Positions 35,799 through 45,140 of a stretch of 50,083 nucleotides of DNA are shown here, in pieces. Location: contig CAVOCU010000002.1 of assembly GCA_963694315.1 (NCBI GenBank), positions 1 to 50,083 of the forward strand, given 5' to 3'. Below the pieces are notes generated by a model. That model did not search any database. It was not told the origin of the DNA and saw nothing but the letters and a program-made list of their open reading frames with translations. Every line of letters begins with the position of its first letter. The stretch's first letter is position 1. A program made the translations under genes and the position numbers. Origin of the DNA: Dehalococcoidia bacterium (GTDB lineage: Bacteria > Chloroflexota > Dehalococcoidia > Lucifugimonadales > UBA1127).

Positions 35799-37666
35799 GC
35801 CACCCACCAAGCCAGGGCGATGCCAAGGAAGCCGACGAACATGCCCATTGCATAGGTGTAGAGCTTGCCGTTCTGGACGTAACGCATCAGTCGGCCGGTG
35901 GTGGTTGCGATTGCGCCTGTGCCGTTGACACCAACGTCGTTGATGATAGCGCGGTCAAAGAAGGCCACAAAGCGGCCTGTCACCAGTACCACCTTATCAA
36001 TGAGCCACTGGTAGACCTCGTCAACGTAGTACTTGTTGATGAGCACTCGGTGGACACCGCTGAACCGTCGAATTATGGGCTCCGTCTTCAGGCTTCCCTG
36101 GATGTACGCAAGCCACGCCAGAAGGAAGCCGCTTATCGCCAGGGCTATGGAGCCGATGGCGATGCCCTTGTTCAAATGGAATGCCTCTTGGTGCTCGCCT
36201 GCGAACACGAAGTAACCGAAGCCCTGGTAGGCGTCAGTGTAGTTCAGCGCCATAAACCCGATGGTGAGGGCCAGGAAGGCAAAGATGAGCATCGGAGCAA
36301 GCATCACAACCGGTGATTCATGGGCGTGTTCGTTCTCAGGCTGCAGCTTGCCAAAGAAGACTGCAAAGAACACCCGGCTCATGTACAACGCCTTCATGAA
36401 GCCAATCAGTAGGGCAATCGACATGAAGAACAAGCCCCTGCCGTCAAACACGGCAAGGATGACCTCGTCTTTGCTGAAGAACCCGCCGAATGGCGGTATA
36501 CCTCCAAGAGACAGCGCGCCAATCCCAAAAATGATGGCCGTGATGGGCATCTTGCGCCACAGGCCACCCATCTGCCTGATGTCTGTCTGGCCGCTCCCGT
36601 GGGAAATGCTGCCAGCCCCAAGGAACAGGATTGCCTTGGAGAAGCCGTGTACTAGGAGGTGGAACATGCCAGCAGTGACGCTGCCTGCGCCAAGGGCAAA
36701 CATCATGAAGCCCAAGTCTGTCAGCGTTGAATACGCCAGAATTCGCTTGATGTCTGTCACTACCAGGGCTATTGCGGCCGCGCCTATGGCAGTGAATGCC
36801 CCAATGAGCGTCACCATCAACGCAGCCGATTCTGAATGCTCGTAGAAGGGGAACATACGGGCCACTAGGTATACACCTGCCACAACCATGGTGGCAGAGT
36901 GAACCAGAGCGCTTACCGGGGTTGGGCCTTCCATGGCGTCTGGCAGCCAGACGTGGAGTGGGAACTGGGCCGACTTGCCGATGGCTCCCAGGAAGAGCAG
37001 CACCGCCGCCGCTGTTATGACAGTGTCTGACAGGCTGCCGTTCTCCACCATTGCGAAGATGGCCGAGAGTTCAAAGGTGCCTGTCTTGGCGAAGAGCAGA
37101 AGGATGCCGATGAGGAGCCCAACATCGCCGATGCGAGTCGTTATGAAGGCTTTCTTGGCTGCTTCGGCTGCCGATCTCCGCTCATAGAAAAAGCCGATGA
37201 GCAGGTAGCTACAGATGCCTACCAACTCCCACGCGATATACAAGAGCAGCAGGTTGTCGGCCAGCACCAGCGTCAGCATGGCTGCGGCGAACAGGGAGTG
37301 TACAGCAAAGAACCAGGTGAATCGGGGCTCATGGGCCATGTAGCTCCAAGTGTAGACCTGAATACCAAGAGCCGCCGCAGTGACCAGGCCCAGCATGACA
37401 AGAGAGATGGGGTCTATGACCATGCCCCAGGTGAAGACAGACCCTCCCGCTTTCATCCAGTCAAAGCTGTAGCCAAAGGCTTTAACTTCCGGCAAGGACT
37501 CCATGGAGAGCCAGTCAGCCAGCACAAACCAGAAGAGGACAAAGCCTATCGCCATCGTCCCTGTGGCTGCAATTGCAGACCAGTTGGGAAGACGTCGACC
37601 AGCCGTCGCCAAAAAGAAGAAGGCGATAGCAGGCAGTAACGGAATGAGCCAGGCGTATTCCATCAT
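35795..37666 (-). CDS. nuoL: NADH-quinone oxidoreductase subunit L
   Basis: 623-aa antiporter-like subunit with a long C-terminal extension. Confidence 0.92.
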   Translation of the reverse strand: MMEYAWLIPLLPAIAFFFLATAGRRLPNWSAIAATGTMAIGFVLFWFVLADWLSMESLPEVKAFGYSFDWMKAGGSVFTWGMVIDPISLVMLGLVTAAALGIQVYTWSYMAHEPRFTWFFAVHSLFAAAMLTLVLADNLLLLYIAWELVGICSYLLIGFFYERRSAAEAAKKAFITTRIGDVGLLIGILLLFAKTGTFELSAIFAMVENGSLSDTVITAAAVLLFLGAIGKSAQFPLHVWLPDAMEGPTPVSALVHSATMVVAGVYLVARMFPFYEHSESAALMVTLIGAFTAIGAAAIALVVTDIKRILAYSTLTDLGFMMFALGAGSVTAGMFHLLVHGFSKAILFLGAGSISHGSGQTDIRQMGGLWRKMPITAIIFGIGALSLGGIPPFGGFFSKDEVILAVFDGRGLFFMSIALLIGFMKALYMSRVFFAVFFGKLQPENEHAHESPVVMLAPMLIFAFLALTIGFMALNYTDAYQGFGYFVFAGEHQEAFHLNKGIAIGSIALAISGFLLAWLAYIQGSLKTEPIIRRFSGVHRVLINKYYVDEVYQWLIDKVVLVTGRFVAFFDRAIINDVGVNGTGAIATTTGRLMRYVQNGKLYTYAMGMFVGFLGIALAWWVA

Positions 37667-37670
37667 TGAG

Positions 37671-37691
37671 CCAGGCCAGCCCTATATGTGA
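37671..37691 (-). repeat. Partial D-type repeat module just upstream of the nuoL start, in the 139-bp nuoK/nuoL gap
   Basis: GCCAGGCCAGCCCTATATGTG. Compare the reverse complement of CATATACAGGGGACTGGCCTG. Confidence 0.5.
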
Positions 37692-37805
37692 TGCCCTTAG
37701 ACAATCCAGTCTCCTGATTTCTAATCTTTACCAGAGACAACCACGCTCGTTCAAACCCTGAGTCATTTATTCTCAAGAAGAGTCCTGAGCACGCTCTGAC
37801 CCTGG

Positions 37806-38111
37806 TTACCACTTCATTGAGTCGGCTTCATCAACATTGGCCGTCGCCCTGGCCCTGTAGAGGCGCAGGATGATGGCCATTGCCAGTGCCACCTCCGCTG
37901 CAGCCACCGTGATGACAAAGATCGTAATCACCTGGCCTACCAGTCGCGATGGGTCAAGGAACGCCGCGTAGGCTACTGCGTTGATGTTCACAGCGTTCAA
38001 CATCAACTCAATCGACATCAGGATCATCACCGCGTTCCTACGGGCCAGCACACCATAGACGCCTATGGCGAAGAGGGCTGCGCTTAGGAGTTCAACGTGA
38101 TATAGCTCCAT
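37806..38111 (-). CDS. nuoK: NADH-quinone oxidoreductase subunit K
   Basis: 101 aa with three TM helices, in the canonical position. Confidence 0.9.
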   Translation of the reverse strand: MELYHVELLSAALFAIGVYGVLARRNAVMILMSIELMLNAVNINAVAYAAFLDPSRLVGQVITIFVITVAAAEVALAMAIILRLYRARATANVDEADSMKW

Positions 38112-38680
38112 TAGCTCCGTTCCTCTGGTGTCTGGTCATTGGCCCCATCGGTACCCGTCAGGGAACGTGGGTCCAGAGTATCGCCCTGGCCCTGCCCGTC
38201 TGATGCTCGAGCCAGAATAATCGCGCCAATGAGGGCCATCAATAGAACCAGTGAGGCTATCTCAAAGGGCAAAACCCAGTTGGTGAAAAGCTCTGTGCCC
38301 AACCCTTCAAGGCTTGGGCCAGCGAGCTCTTGTGTATCGAGTTTGTTGTTGAGGATGACACCGGCCATCACACCAAGGAAGCTCAGCGCAGCTACAGCGG
38401 CAACGGCCCATTGGGGGTTGTCGCGGACATTGGAGAATTCCTCAGCGCGAGTCAGCATCAGCGCGAACAGAAGCACGATGGTGATGGCACCCCCGTAGAT
38501 GAGCACCTGCACCAAGGCCAGAAACTCAGCCATCAGGAGGATGAACACCCCGGCTACAGAAACCAGACTTAGGAGCAGAAAAAGGGCCGCATGGGCCACG
38601 TTGCGTGTGGTCACCACGCCTATCGCGCCACCTAGCACCATTACCGCCAGGAAGGTAAAGGCTACCGCACTGGCATCCAC
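38111..38680 (-). CDS. nuoJ: NADH-quinone oxidoreductase subunit J
   Basis: 189-aa membrane subunit between nuoI and nuoK. Confidence 0.88.
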   Translation of the reverse strand: MDASAVAFTFLAVMVLGGAIGVVTTRNVAHAALFLLLSLVSVAGVFILLMAEFLALVQVLIYGGAITIVLLFALMLTRAEEFSNVRDNPQWAVAAVAALSFLGVMAGVILNNKLDTQELAGPSLEGLGTELFTNWVLPFEIASLVLLMALIGAIILARASDGQGQGDTLDPRSLTGTDGANDQTPEERS

Positions 38681-39312
38681 TACTTGGCCTCCTCTACAGG
38701 GGGCTCTTTAGTCTCCGCACCGGCAGTCGTGTCATTAGCTGGCGCATCTTTAGTTTCTGTAACATCACCGGCAGACGCAGAAACGGCTTTAGTCTCTTCG
38801 CCGACAGGTGCAGTAGCAGCAGCCTTTGCAGCAGCTATAGCGGCTTTCTTAACCTCAGGGGCTATCCAGTTGGACTCAGCCTGATACTTCTTACCCATCT
38901 CCAACAGCACCGGTAGGTCTGACCTACGCCCGTCACGGGCATAGTGGCTGATTTCGTGCTCGTGGCTCATTTCAATGGCGTCAAAGTTGCAGACCTCAAC
39001 GCACAGGCCGCACAGAATGCAGCGACCTAAGTTAATCTCAAACTCTTCAATAATCTTGCGGCGGGTGCTCTTCCCCTCAGCGTGAAGAGGGTTGTCAATC
39101 ATCGTGCCGGACATACACTGCGTGGGGCACATGCGCACGCACACCATGCAGCCAACGCAGTACGGTTCACCCACCTTTGCGTCCCAGGTCAGGGCCGGGA
39201 ACCCAACTTGCCGTTCCATGAGGGGCAAGTGCTGCTTGGGGTACTGGGCAGTCACTGGCTTCCGCAGCGATGTCTGCAGGGTCATTAACATGCCCTTCAA
39301 CGTACTAAGCAC
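38680..39312 (-). CDS. nuoI: NADH-quinone oxidoreductase subunit I (2x[4Fe-4S]) with a C-terminal low-complexity extension of about 50-60 aa
   Basis: Contains CVGCMVCVRMCP and CILCGLCVEVCNFDAIEM. The tail is ...KKAAIAAAKAAATAPVGEETKAVSASAGDVTETKDAPANDTTAGAETKEPPVEEAK. Confidence 0.92.
   Translation of the reverse strand: MLSTLKGMLMTLQTSLRKPVTAQYPKQHLPLMERQVGFPALTWDAKVGEPYCVGCMVCVRMCPTQCMSGTMIDNPLHAEGKSTRRKIIEEFEINLGRCILCGLCVEVCNFDAIEMSHEHEISHYARDGRRSDLPVLLEMGKKYQAESNWIAPEVKKAAIAAAKAAATAPVGEETKAVSASAGDVTETKDAPANDTTAGAETKEPPVEEAK
38706..38830 (+). repeat. Three degenerate CTTTAGT-core units embedded in the 3' end of nuoI, read as E-T-K
   Basis: Cores at 38706-38713, 38748-38755 and 38787-38794, spaced 42 and 39 nt apart. 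The third unit, CTTTAGTCTCTTCGCCG, matches the unit at 5543 for 17 nt. Confidence 0.55.
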
Positions 39313-40465
39313 GGCGCACCTCCCTTGCTGGAATCAGTCTTACGGTTGGCCGTACCTTCTTGGATGCTGTTTTCATATAGATAAACGTGCTGGCAGCTAC
39401 GAGCGTTGTCAGACTCAAAACCGTCTGAACCCAGTTTGGCCACCCGTAGAAGAGCGCAAAGGCCACCATCAGGAAGTTCAGAAAAGAGAGAGGTACCAAC
39501 CCCTGCCAACCAAACGCCATGAGTTGGTCAATACGCAGTCGTGGGAGCGTGCCTCGTAGCCAAAAGATAACAAGAATTACCGAGTAGCACTTGATGAGGA
39601 ACCAGGCCAGCTCTGGCAGCAACGGCCCGGACCAACCGCCAAGGAAGAAAATTGTGACCAGTGCAGCTACCAGGAACGTGTTGATGTACTCAGCAAGGAA
39701 GAATATGGACCAGTGTGCGCCGCTGTACTCGATGAACGGGCCGCCAACCAGCTCCGATTCCGCCTGGAAGATATCGAAGGGGCTGCGCCCCACCTCTGCC
39801 AGCCCCGCCAGCAGGAAAATGACCAAAGCCAGTGGTTGGAGAAGGATGTACCAGGTGTTGCCCTGACCCATAGCAATCTCCGTCAGGTTCAACGTTCCCG
39901 CCAGCATCGCAATGGTGATGGCAATGACAAGCAGAGGTATTTCGTAACTAATTAGTTGGGCAGCACTCCGTAGTCCGCCAATTATGCCGTACTTGTTGGC
40001 AGAGCCCCAGCCAGCCATGAGTAGTCCAATGAGGGACATCCCGGACAGCGCCAGGACGTACAGCAGGCCAAGGGACATGTCCGTCAGGACAAGGCTTGAA
40101 GTAAAGGGAACCGCAATCCACACGGCAAAACTGGGTATAAAGACTGCTAGTGGAGCCAGCCAGTAGACCGGCCGATCAACCCATGCTGGCATAATGTCTT
40201 CTTTGATGAGGAGCTTTAGGCCGTCGGCTATGGGTTGGAGCAGGCCGTAAGGGCCAACTCGCATCGGCCCCATGCGTTGCTGAATGCGAGCCAACGCTTT
40301 GCGCTCAACCCACGTGAGGGAGAGCACAACCACGCTGAGAATGGTCAGCAGGGACAGGGACTTAATCAGGATGTAAACAACGTCTTCTCCGCCGTATCCG
40401 ATGGCCAGGCCTACGATTGCCAGGAGTGCAGCCAGAACAACGCCCAGGGGAATGAGGAGAATCAT
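39305..40465 (-). CDS. nuoH: NADH-quinone oxidoreductase subunit H
   Basis: 386-aa ND1-like membrane subunit. Its start overlaps the nuoD stop by 4 nt. Confidence 0.92.
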   Translation of the reverse strand: MILLIPLGVVLAALLAIVGLAIGYGGEDVVYILIKSLSLLTILSVVVLSLTWVERKALARIQQRMGPMRVGPYGLLQPIADGLKLLIKEDIMPAWVDRPVYWLAPLAVFIPSFAVWIAVPFTSSLVLTDMSLGLLYVLALSGMSLIGLLMAGWGSANKYGIIGGLRSAAQLISYEIPLLVIAITIAMLAGTLNLTEIAMGQGNTWYILLQPLALVIFLLAGLAEVGRSPFDIFQAESELVGGPFIEYSGAHWSIFFLAEYINTFLVAALVTIFFLGGWSGPLLPELAWFLIKCYSVILVIFWLRGTLPRLRIDQLMAFGWQGLVPLSFLNFLMVAFALFYGWPNWVQTVLSLTTLVAASTFIYMKTASKKVRPTVRLIPAREVRRA

Positions 40466-41580
40466 CGATCCACCTCTCCAAGGACGATGTCCAGAGAGCC
40501 GAGGATCATGACAGCATCTGCTACGTAGACGCCGCGCAGCATAGTGCGGAGCGCCTGAAGGTTGGCAAATGAGGGTGCCCGCACCTTGAGGCGATACGGT
40601 TTGTCTCCACCGTCAGTGACTATGTAGACACCCATCTCGCCGCGGGGTGTTTCTGATCGGAAGTAGACCTCTCCTGCAGGTGGGCGAGGGATGCTTCGGA
40701 CGCCGGTGGCCTTGGTAGGGCCGTCGTCAGGCATCTGTTCCAATGCTTGTTTGATGATGCGAATGGATTGGCGCATCTCTTCCACGCGCATGGCGTATCG
40801 ATCCCAGGTGTCGCCGGTGTTGCCAAGGGGGATATCGAAATCGAATCGGTCATAGACGGAGTAGGGCTCAATCACGCGAATATCGTCTGGAATGCCGGAA
40901 GCACGTAGCGATGGCCCGGTTAGGCCGTAATCCAGTGCGTCCTGGCCGTTGATAATCCCAACGTTCCTTGCACGGGCAAGGAAGACCTCATTGTAGGTGA
41001 GCAGCTTATCGCCTTCCTCAATACCCTTCTCCAGGGCAGGGAGGATGCCTGCTACACGCTCGGCGAAATCGTCCGGTGGGTCTTCACGCAATCCGCCAAT
41101 GCGGAAGTAGTTGTGCATCATCCGTGCGCCGCTGGTGGCTTCAAAGAGGTTCTGGATGCGCTCACGCTCACGAAAGCCGTACATGATAGGCGTCATAGCT
41201 CCGGCGTCCAGGCCCATAGTGCCGTAGAAGAGCATGTGGCTGGAGATACGGTTAAGCTCGCAGAGGATGACCCGGATGTACTCGGCGCGTTCAGGGACGG
41301 TGATGCCCATGACCTTTTCAACAGTGGAGCAGATTGCCAACTCCATGTTGTAGTTGCCAATGTAGTCCATGCGGTCAAATAGCGTGATGATCTGGGGGTA
41401 AAGCTCACCCTCGCACAGCTTCTCGGAACCGCGGTGGAGGTAGCCAATGTGGGGTTCTGCTTCAACGATGCGCTCGCCGTCTACCCAAAGCACCATGCGA
41501 AAGACTCCATGGGTTGATGGGTGCTGAGGCCCCATGTTGACCATGATGTCTACGGATTCAAGCCGCTGCGCTTCAGTCAT
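40462..41580 (-). CDS. nuoD: NADH-quinone oxidoreductase subunit D
   Basis: NMGPQHPSTHGVFRMVL...GYLHRGSEK, 49-kDa subunit family. Confidence 0.95.
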   Translation of the reverse strand: MTEAQRLESVDIMVNMGPQHPSTHGVFRMVLWVDGERIVEAEPHIGYLHRGSEKLCEGELYPQIITLFDRMDYIGNYNMELAICSTVEKVMGITVPERAEYIRVILCELNRISSHMLFYGTMGLDAGAMTPIMYGFRERERIQNLFEATSGARMMHNYFRIGGLREDPPDDFAERVAGILPALEKGIEEGDKLLTYNEVFLARARNVGIINGQDALDYGLTGPSLRASGIPDDIRVIEPYSVYDRFDFDIPLGNTGDTWDRYAMRVEEMRQSIRIIKQALEQMPDDGPTKATGVRSIPRPPAGEVYFRSETPRGEMGVYIVTDGGDKPYRLKVRAPSFANLQALRTMLRGVYVADAVMILGSLDIVLGEVDR

Positions 41581-41612
41581 ACCCTACAGTCTCTTGTGAT
41601 TGTGGCATGGGC

Positions 41613-41653
41613 AGGGGGTGCCCTTATAAGCGTTGTTCATAGAGGCACCCCCT
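41613..41653. other. 10-bp GC-rich stem with a 21-nt loop in the OFOR-beta/nuoD gap
   Basis: AGGGGGTGCC...GGCACCCCCT. No U-tract follows it in the minus-strand sense, so it is not a canonical terminator. Confidence 0.4.
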
Positions 41654-41706
41654 ACACCGTGCTGTGATTCAAATGTTTTTGCCCTTGGGCAACCTGTGGC
41701 GGTCGG

Positions 41707-42591
41707 CTACATCATCCTGCCAAGAAGCTTCTTTGTCTGGTCCTCGGTGATCTTGAGGGGCCGAGACGACATAGGGCCATCCTTCAGGACAGGCTCTCGT
41801 GCATCAAGGGATGCAATGCCGTGACCTTGGAAGAAGAGGCCAATGTTGATGGTGTCTCCCCACTCCATAGCCTTTTCGCAAGCGGCCTTCCAGTCGCTTG
41901 AGTCGTGGCCCTGCTCCTCCAACTTGCTCACCCTGCTCTTGAAGAAATCGTGGGAATTATCGTCGTTGAAGGTCACGCAGGGGCTGAAGATGTCTACAAG
42001 GGAGAAGCCTTTGTGCTCAATGGCGCCCTTGATCATGGCCGTGGTGTGCCGGATGTCGCCGCTGTACGCGCGGGCAACGTAGGTTGCACCGTTCATGATA
42101 GCGGAGGTGATGGGGTTGATGGGTGTCTCTACGTTGCCAAAGGGCGTGCTCTTGGTCTTCATATCCAACCGACTGGTTGGTGAAATCTGCCCGGTGGTCA
42201 GACCGTAGATCTGGTTGTTCATGACAATGTAGGTGAGGTCAACGTTGCGGCGTGATGTGTGGGCGAGGTGGTTGCCGCCAATGCCGTAGCCGTCACCGTC
42301 TCCGCCGGTAGCAATGACCGTGAGTTCATGGTTGGCCATCTTGGCGCCCGTGGCAAAGGCCAGGGAACGCCCGTGGAGGGTGTGCATGCCATAGGAGTTG
42401 ATGTACCCCGGCAAGTTAGAAGAACACCCAATGCCACTTACCGTGAGAATCTGATGGGGCTGAAGGCCCAACTCAGCACAGGCACGTTGTAGCGAGTTTA
42501 GTACACCAAAGTCGCCACAGCCAGGACACCAGTCAGGGCTTGTTCCGGACCTAAAATCCGCGGCAGTTAATTCAATAGTTCCAGTAGTCAT
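41707..42591 (-). CDS. 2-oxoacid:ferredoxin (acceptor) oxidoreductase beta subunit (TPP/[4Fe-4S])
   Basis: Contains WCPGCGDFG and the TPP-binding motif GGDGDGYGIGGNH...NNQIYGLTTGQ. Confidence 0.9.
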   Translation of the reverse strand: MTTGTIELTAADFRSGTSPDWCPGCGDFGVLNSLQRACAELGLQPHQILTVSGIGCSSNLPGYINSYGMHTLHGRSLAFATGAKMANHELTVIATGGDGDGYGIGGNHLAHTSRRNVDLTYIVMNNQIYGLTTGQISPTSRLDMKTKSTPFGNVETPINPITSAIMNGATYVARAYSGDIRHTTAMIKGAIEHKGFSLVDIFSPCVTFNDDNSHDFFKSRVSKLEEQGHDSSDWKAACEKAMEWGDTINIGLFFQGHGIASLDAREPVLKDGPMSSRPLKITEDQTKKLLGRMM

Positions 42592-42604
42592 ATCAGCTTC
42601 CTCC

Positions 42605-44383
42605 CTAGACGTTCACTTCTTGATATGGGACGTAGGTGTCCACCTTGCCTGCAAGAATCTCCTGTACACCATCAGCAATGTGATGGGGCATGAATGGCTC
42701 TCCGTCATACTTGCGGATGTGGTTGTTGATGGTGAGGCCTGTCTCGCTCCTCAGATAGCGATAGAACTGGCCTGAGAAGTTGTTCTCCACCACAATGGTG
42801 CGCTTGGCCTTGTTGACCACGTTTGTAATGGCCTCGCCGTGCAGCGGGACCATCCATTTAACGGCAATTTGATTGGCGGTGACTCCGCGTTCCTTGAGGG
42901 TAGCAATAGCCTCGCGGATAACGCCCTCAGTGGATCCCCATCCTACGATGGTGACCTCAGCGTCTACCGGGCCTTCCAACACGGGGGCCTCAATGGCTTT
43001 TTCGATGTTTTCGAACTTACGGGCACGCTTTTCCACCATCTTCCGACGCTTGTGTGGATTGGTGAACTCGTCGCTGAGAAGGGAGCTGTTCTCGTCGTGC
43101 TCATCGGTTGCAACCACGTGGACAAAGCCCTTGGTGCCGGGGACGGCTCGAGGCGAAATGCCAGTCTCCGTGTCCTTGTACCGCATGTAGCCGTTCTGCT
43201 CCGCGTCCTCAGTGATCAGCGCTCCACGGTCAATTACAGGGTTCATGTTGAGGTTGTCCGGGTCCACGCTGAAGGTTCCTTCTGAAATCAGAAGATCAGA
43301 GAGGACAAGGCCCGGGGCCTGATACTTGTCTGTCAGGTTGAACAACTCTGCCATGGTGTTAAAGGCGTCCAGGGCACTCTTGGGGGCTACGATGAAGCGG
43401 GGGAAGTCTCCCTGGCTTGCGCCTAGCATCTGCCAGAGGTCGCCCTGCTCCGTTTTGGTGGGGACTCCGGTAGATGGACCCGCACGTTGCACGTTCACCA
43501 TCACCACGGGAATCTCCATCATTGAGGCTGCGCCAACCGCTTCTGTCATCAGCGCAAATCCACCGCCGGCGGTGGCCGTCATGGCGCGAGTCCCGGTTTG
43601 GGCTGCGCCGATAATCATGTTTGCTGCAGCAATCTCGTCTTCAACCTGCCTGACCATGATTCCAAGGTCCCTGGCGTTCTGGGCAAACCAGTGAAGGACG
43701 CCGGTTGAAGGACTCATTGGATACGCGGCGTAGAACTTGACGCCCGCGGCCGCAGCGCCCATGGCGATGGCTTCATTACCTGCCCATTGCGCTAGGGCAT
43801 GGGGGTTTTCCGGCAACGATCCGCCAAATGCTTCAAAGTTCTTAACTGCGTAATCGTACCCGGCACGGGCAACGCCTACGTTCTCATCAACTACTGCCTG
43901 ACCCTGACGCTGGAAACGCGCTTTAAGGCTCTCTTCCAGGGTCTCAAAGTCCAGACCCATAAGGGCACTGGTGGCGCCAACGGCTACGGTGTTCTGTACC
44001 AGCCGGTTACGGCTGCCAGACAACTCTGATACCGGGAGGGGACATAGGCCAACACCCTTGGCGGCATCGCCTGGCGTGATGGTGTCACCGTTGAATATCA
44101 CGCGGGTGTTGTCTCCCATCAACCTAAGGTGCCGGTCCATGGTGTCCTGGTTGAGGCACACCAACAAATCCAGTTTATCGCCGTGGCTGTATACGGGTTC
44201 TTCCCCAACACGGATGGTGAGGAAAATATGCCCGCCACGGACAATGGATTGATAGGCGTTATAGGCGTTGAGATGGAGGCCTCGACGAATAAACAGTCGG
44301 GCCATGATGTTTCCGGGAGTTGCGATGCCTTGACCGGCCTCGCCTCCAATTGCTAGGGCGAAATCAAATTTCCCTGCAGCCAT
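42605..44383 (-). CDS. 2-oxoacid:ferredoxin (acceptor) oxidoreductase alpha subunit (gamma-alpha fusion, two-subunit type)
   Basis: 592 aa. The N-terminus is gamma-domain-like (IGGEAGQGIATPGNIMA) and is followed by the alpha core (YPMSPST, GGGFALM). RBS GAGGAG lies upstream. Confidence 0.9.
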   Translation of the reverse strand: MAAGKFDFALAIGGEAGQGIATPGNIMARLFIRRGLHLNAYNAYQSIVRGGHIFLTIRVGEEPVYSHGDKLDLLVCLNQDTMDRHLRLMGDNTRVIFNGDTITPGDAAKGVGLCPLPVSELSGSRNRLVQNTVAVGATSALMGLDFETLEESLKARFQRQGQAVVDENVGVARAGYDYAVKNFEAFGGSLPENPHALAQWAGNEAIAMGAAAAGVKFYAAYPMSPSTGVLHWFAQNARDLGIMVRQVEDEIAAANMIIGAAQTGTRAMTATAGGGFALMTEAVGAASMMEIPVVMVNVQRAGPSTGVPTKTEQGDLWQMLGASQGDFPRFIVAPKSALDAFNTMAELFNLTDKYQAPGLVLSDLLISEGTFSVDPDNLNMNPVIDRGALITEDAEQNGYMRYKDTETGISPRAVPGTKGFVHVVATDEHDENSSLLSDEFTNPHKRRKMVEKRARKFENIEKAIEAPVLEGPVDAEVTIVGWGSTEGVIREAIATLKERGVTANQIAVKWMVPLHGEAITNVVNKAKRTIVVENNFSGQFYRYLRSETGLTINNHIRKYDGEPFMPHHIADGVQEILAGKVDTYVPYQEVNV

Positions 44384-44490
44384 ACACTTGCTCCTCTATG
44401 CACTGTTCCTGACAATCACCACTTGATAGATAACTAGGAGAGTATACGGGGAAACACTTTGGACGTATACCTCTGTTCTCTATCTAAGGC

Positions 44491-44519
44491 ATTATATTGC
44501 CTATACCTATAGAAAAAAT
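44491..44519 (-). promoter_or_regulatory. Candidate promoter for the OFOR genes inside the nuo cluster
   Basis: In the minus-strand sense there is a perfect TATAAT (44496-44491) in an AT-rich stretch about 100 nt upstream of the OFOR-alpha ATG. The -35 is poor (ATTTTT). Confidence 0.25.
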
Positions 44520-44593
44520 CTATATCTTAGCTGCTAGTTATATTCCCCACATGGGGCACGGCGCCCCGCACCCCACGCGAGAGCGAGAAGCGT

Positions 44594-45040
44594 CTACCAT
44601 TCTTGATAGTCGTGGAAAGGGAAAGACTTTAGGCCGGGATGCCCCTCAAACCCATCGTACAGGAGGAGCACCTTCAGATCAGGGTGCCCTTCAAAGTTCA
44701 CGCCAAAGAGGTCATGGCCTTCCCGCTCAAACCAATCGGCACCCCGCCACACTCCGGTCACAGAGGGTACCGTGGGCGTTTCAGGGGGTACATTCACCTT
44801 CAACACCAGTTTGTGCCGATGCTCCCGTGACCAGAGGTGATAAACCACCTGCAAGCTGGTCTCGTAGTCGACAACGGAGAGGCACCGAAGGTAATCAAGG
44901 GACAGCGCGGGGTCTTCTCTCAAGATACTGCTTGCTTCCAGAAGACGGTCAACAGCTATAGTAACCACAACCTCATCCAAGGCAGTGGTTACCTCTGGTT
45001 GAAACGGAGTTAACTCCCCTGGCTTGGATACCACGGCCAT
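44594..45040 (-). CDS. nuoC: NADH-quinone oxidoreductase subunit C
   Basis: Contains the 30-kDa subunit motifs (WRGADWFEREGHDLFG). ATG 45040 gives a canonical-length N-terminus. The open frame extends to 45181 or 45169 through repeat-like low-complexity sequence, so the start is uncertain. Confidence 0.85.
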   Translation of the reverse strand: MAVVSKPGELTPFQPEVTTALDEVVVTIAVDRLLEASSILREDPALSLDYLRCLSVVDYETSLQVVYHLWSREHRHKLVLKVNVPPETPTVPSVTGVWRGADWFEREGHDLFGVNFEGHPDLKVLLLYDGFEGHPGLKSFPFHDYQEW

Positions 45041-45082
45041 GAGCGCTTCGCCTCTTTTGTCCAAACCCGGTCCCAGGGGGGC

Positions 45083-45140
45083 TGCTGGCGCATGGCCAGT
45101 CCCTTTAGCTGCTGGTGCCGGAGCCGTCTCCGGGGAGGGC
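45083..45140. repeat. Repeat-like segment (D module plus palindromic B-like module) at the nuoB/nuoC junction
   Basis: CTGGCGCATGGCCAGTCCCTTTAG contains the family 10-mer GGCCAGTCCC and a CTTTAG core. CCGGAGCCGTCTCCGG is a palindrome. The nuoB stop TAA (45105-45107) is the CTAAAG core read on the minus strand. Confidence 0.5.

Noticed and set aside
44625-44645. CTTTAGGCCGGG inside the nuoC 3' end as another repeat copy.
   Set aside because: Only the 6-nt core and a few bases match. It encodes conserved-looking NuoC residues (PGLKSFP) and is probably coincidental.
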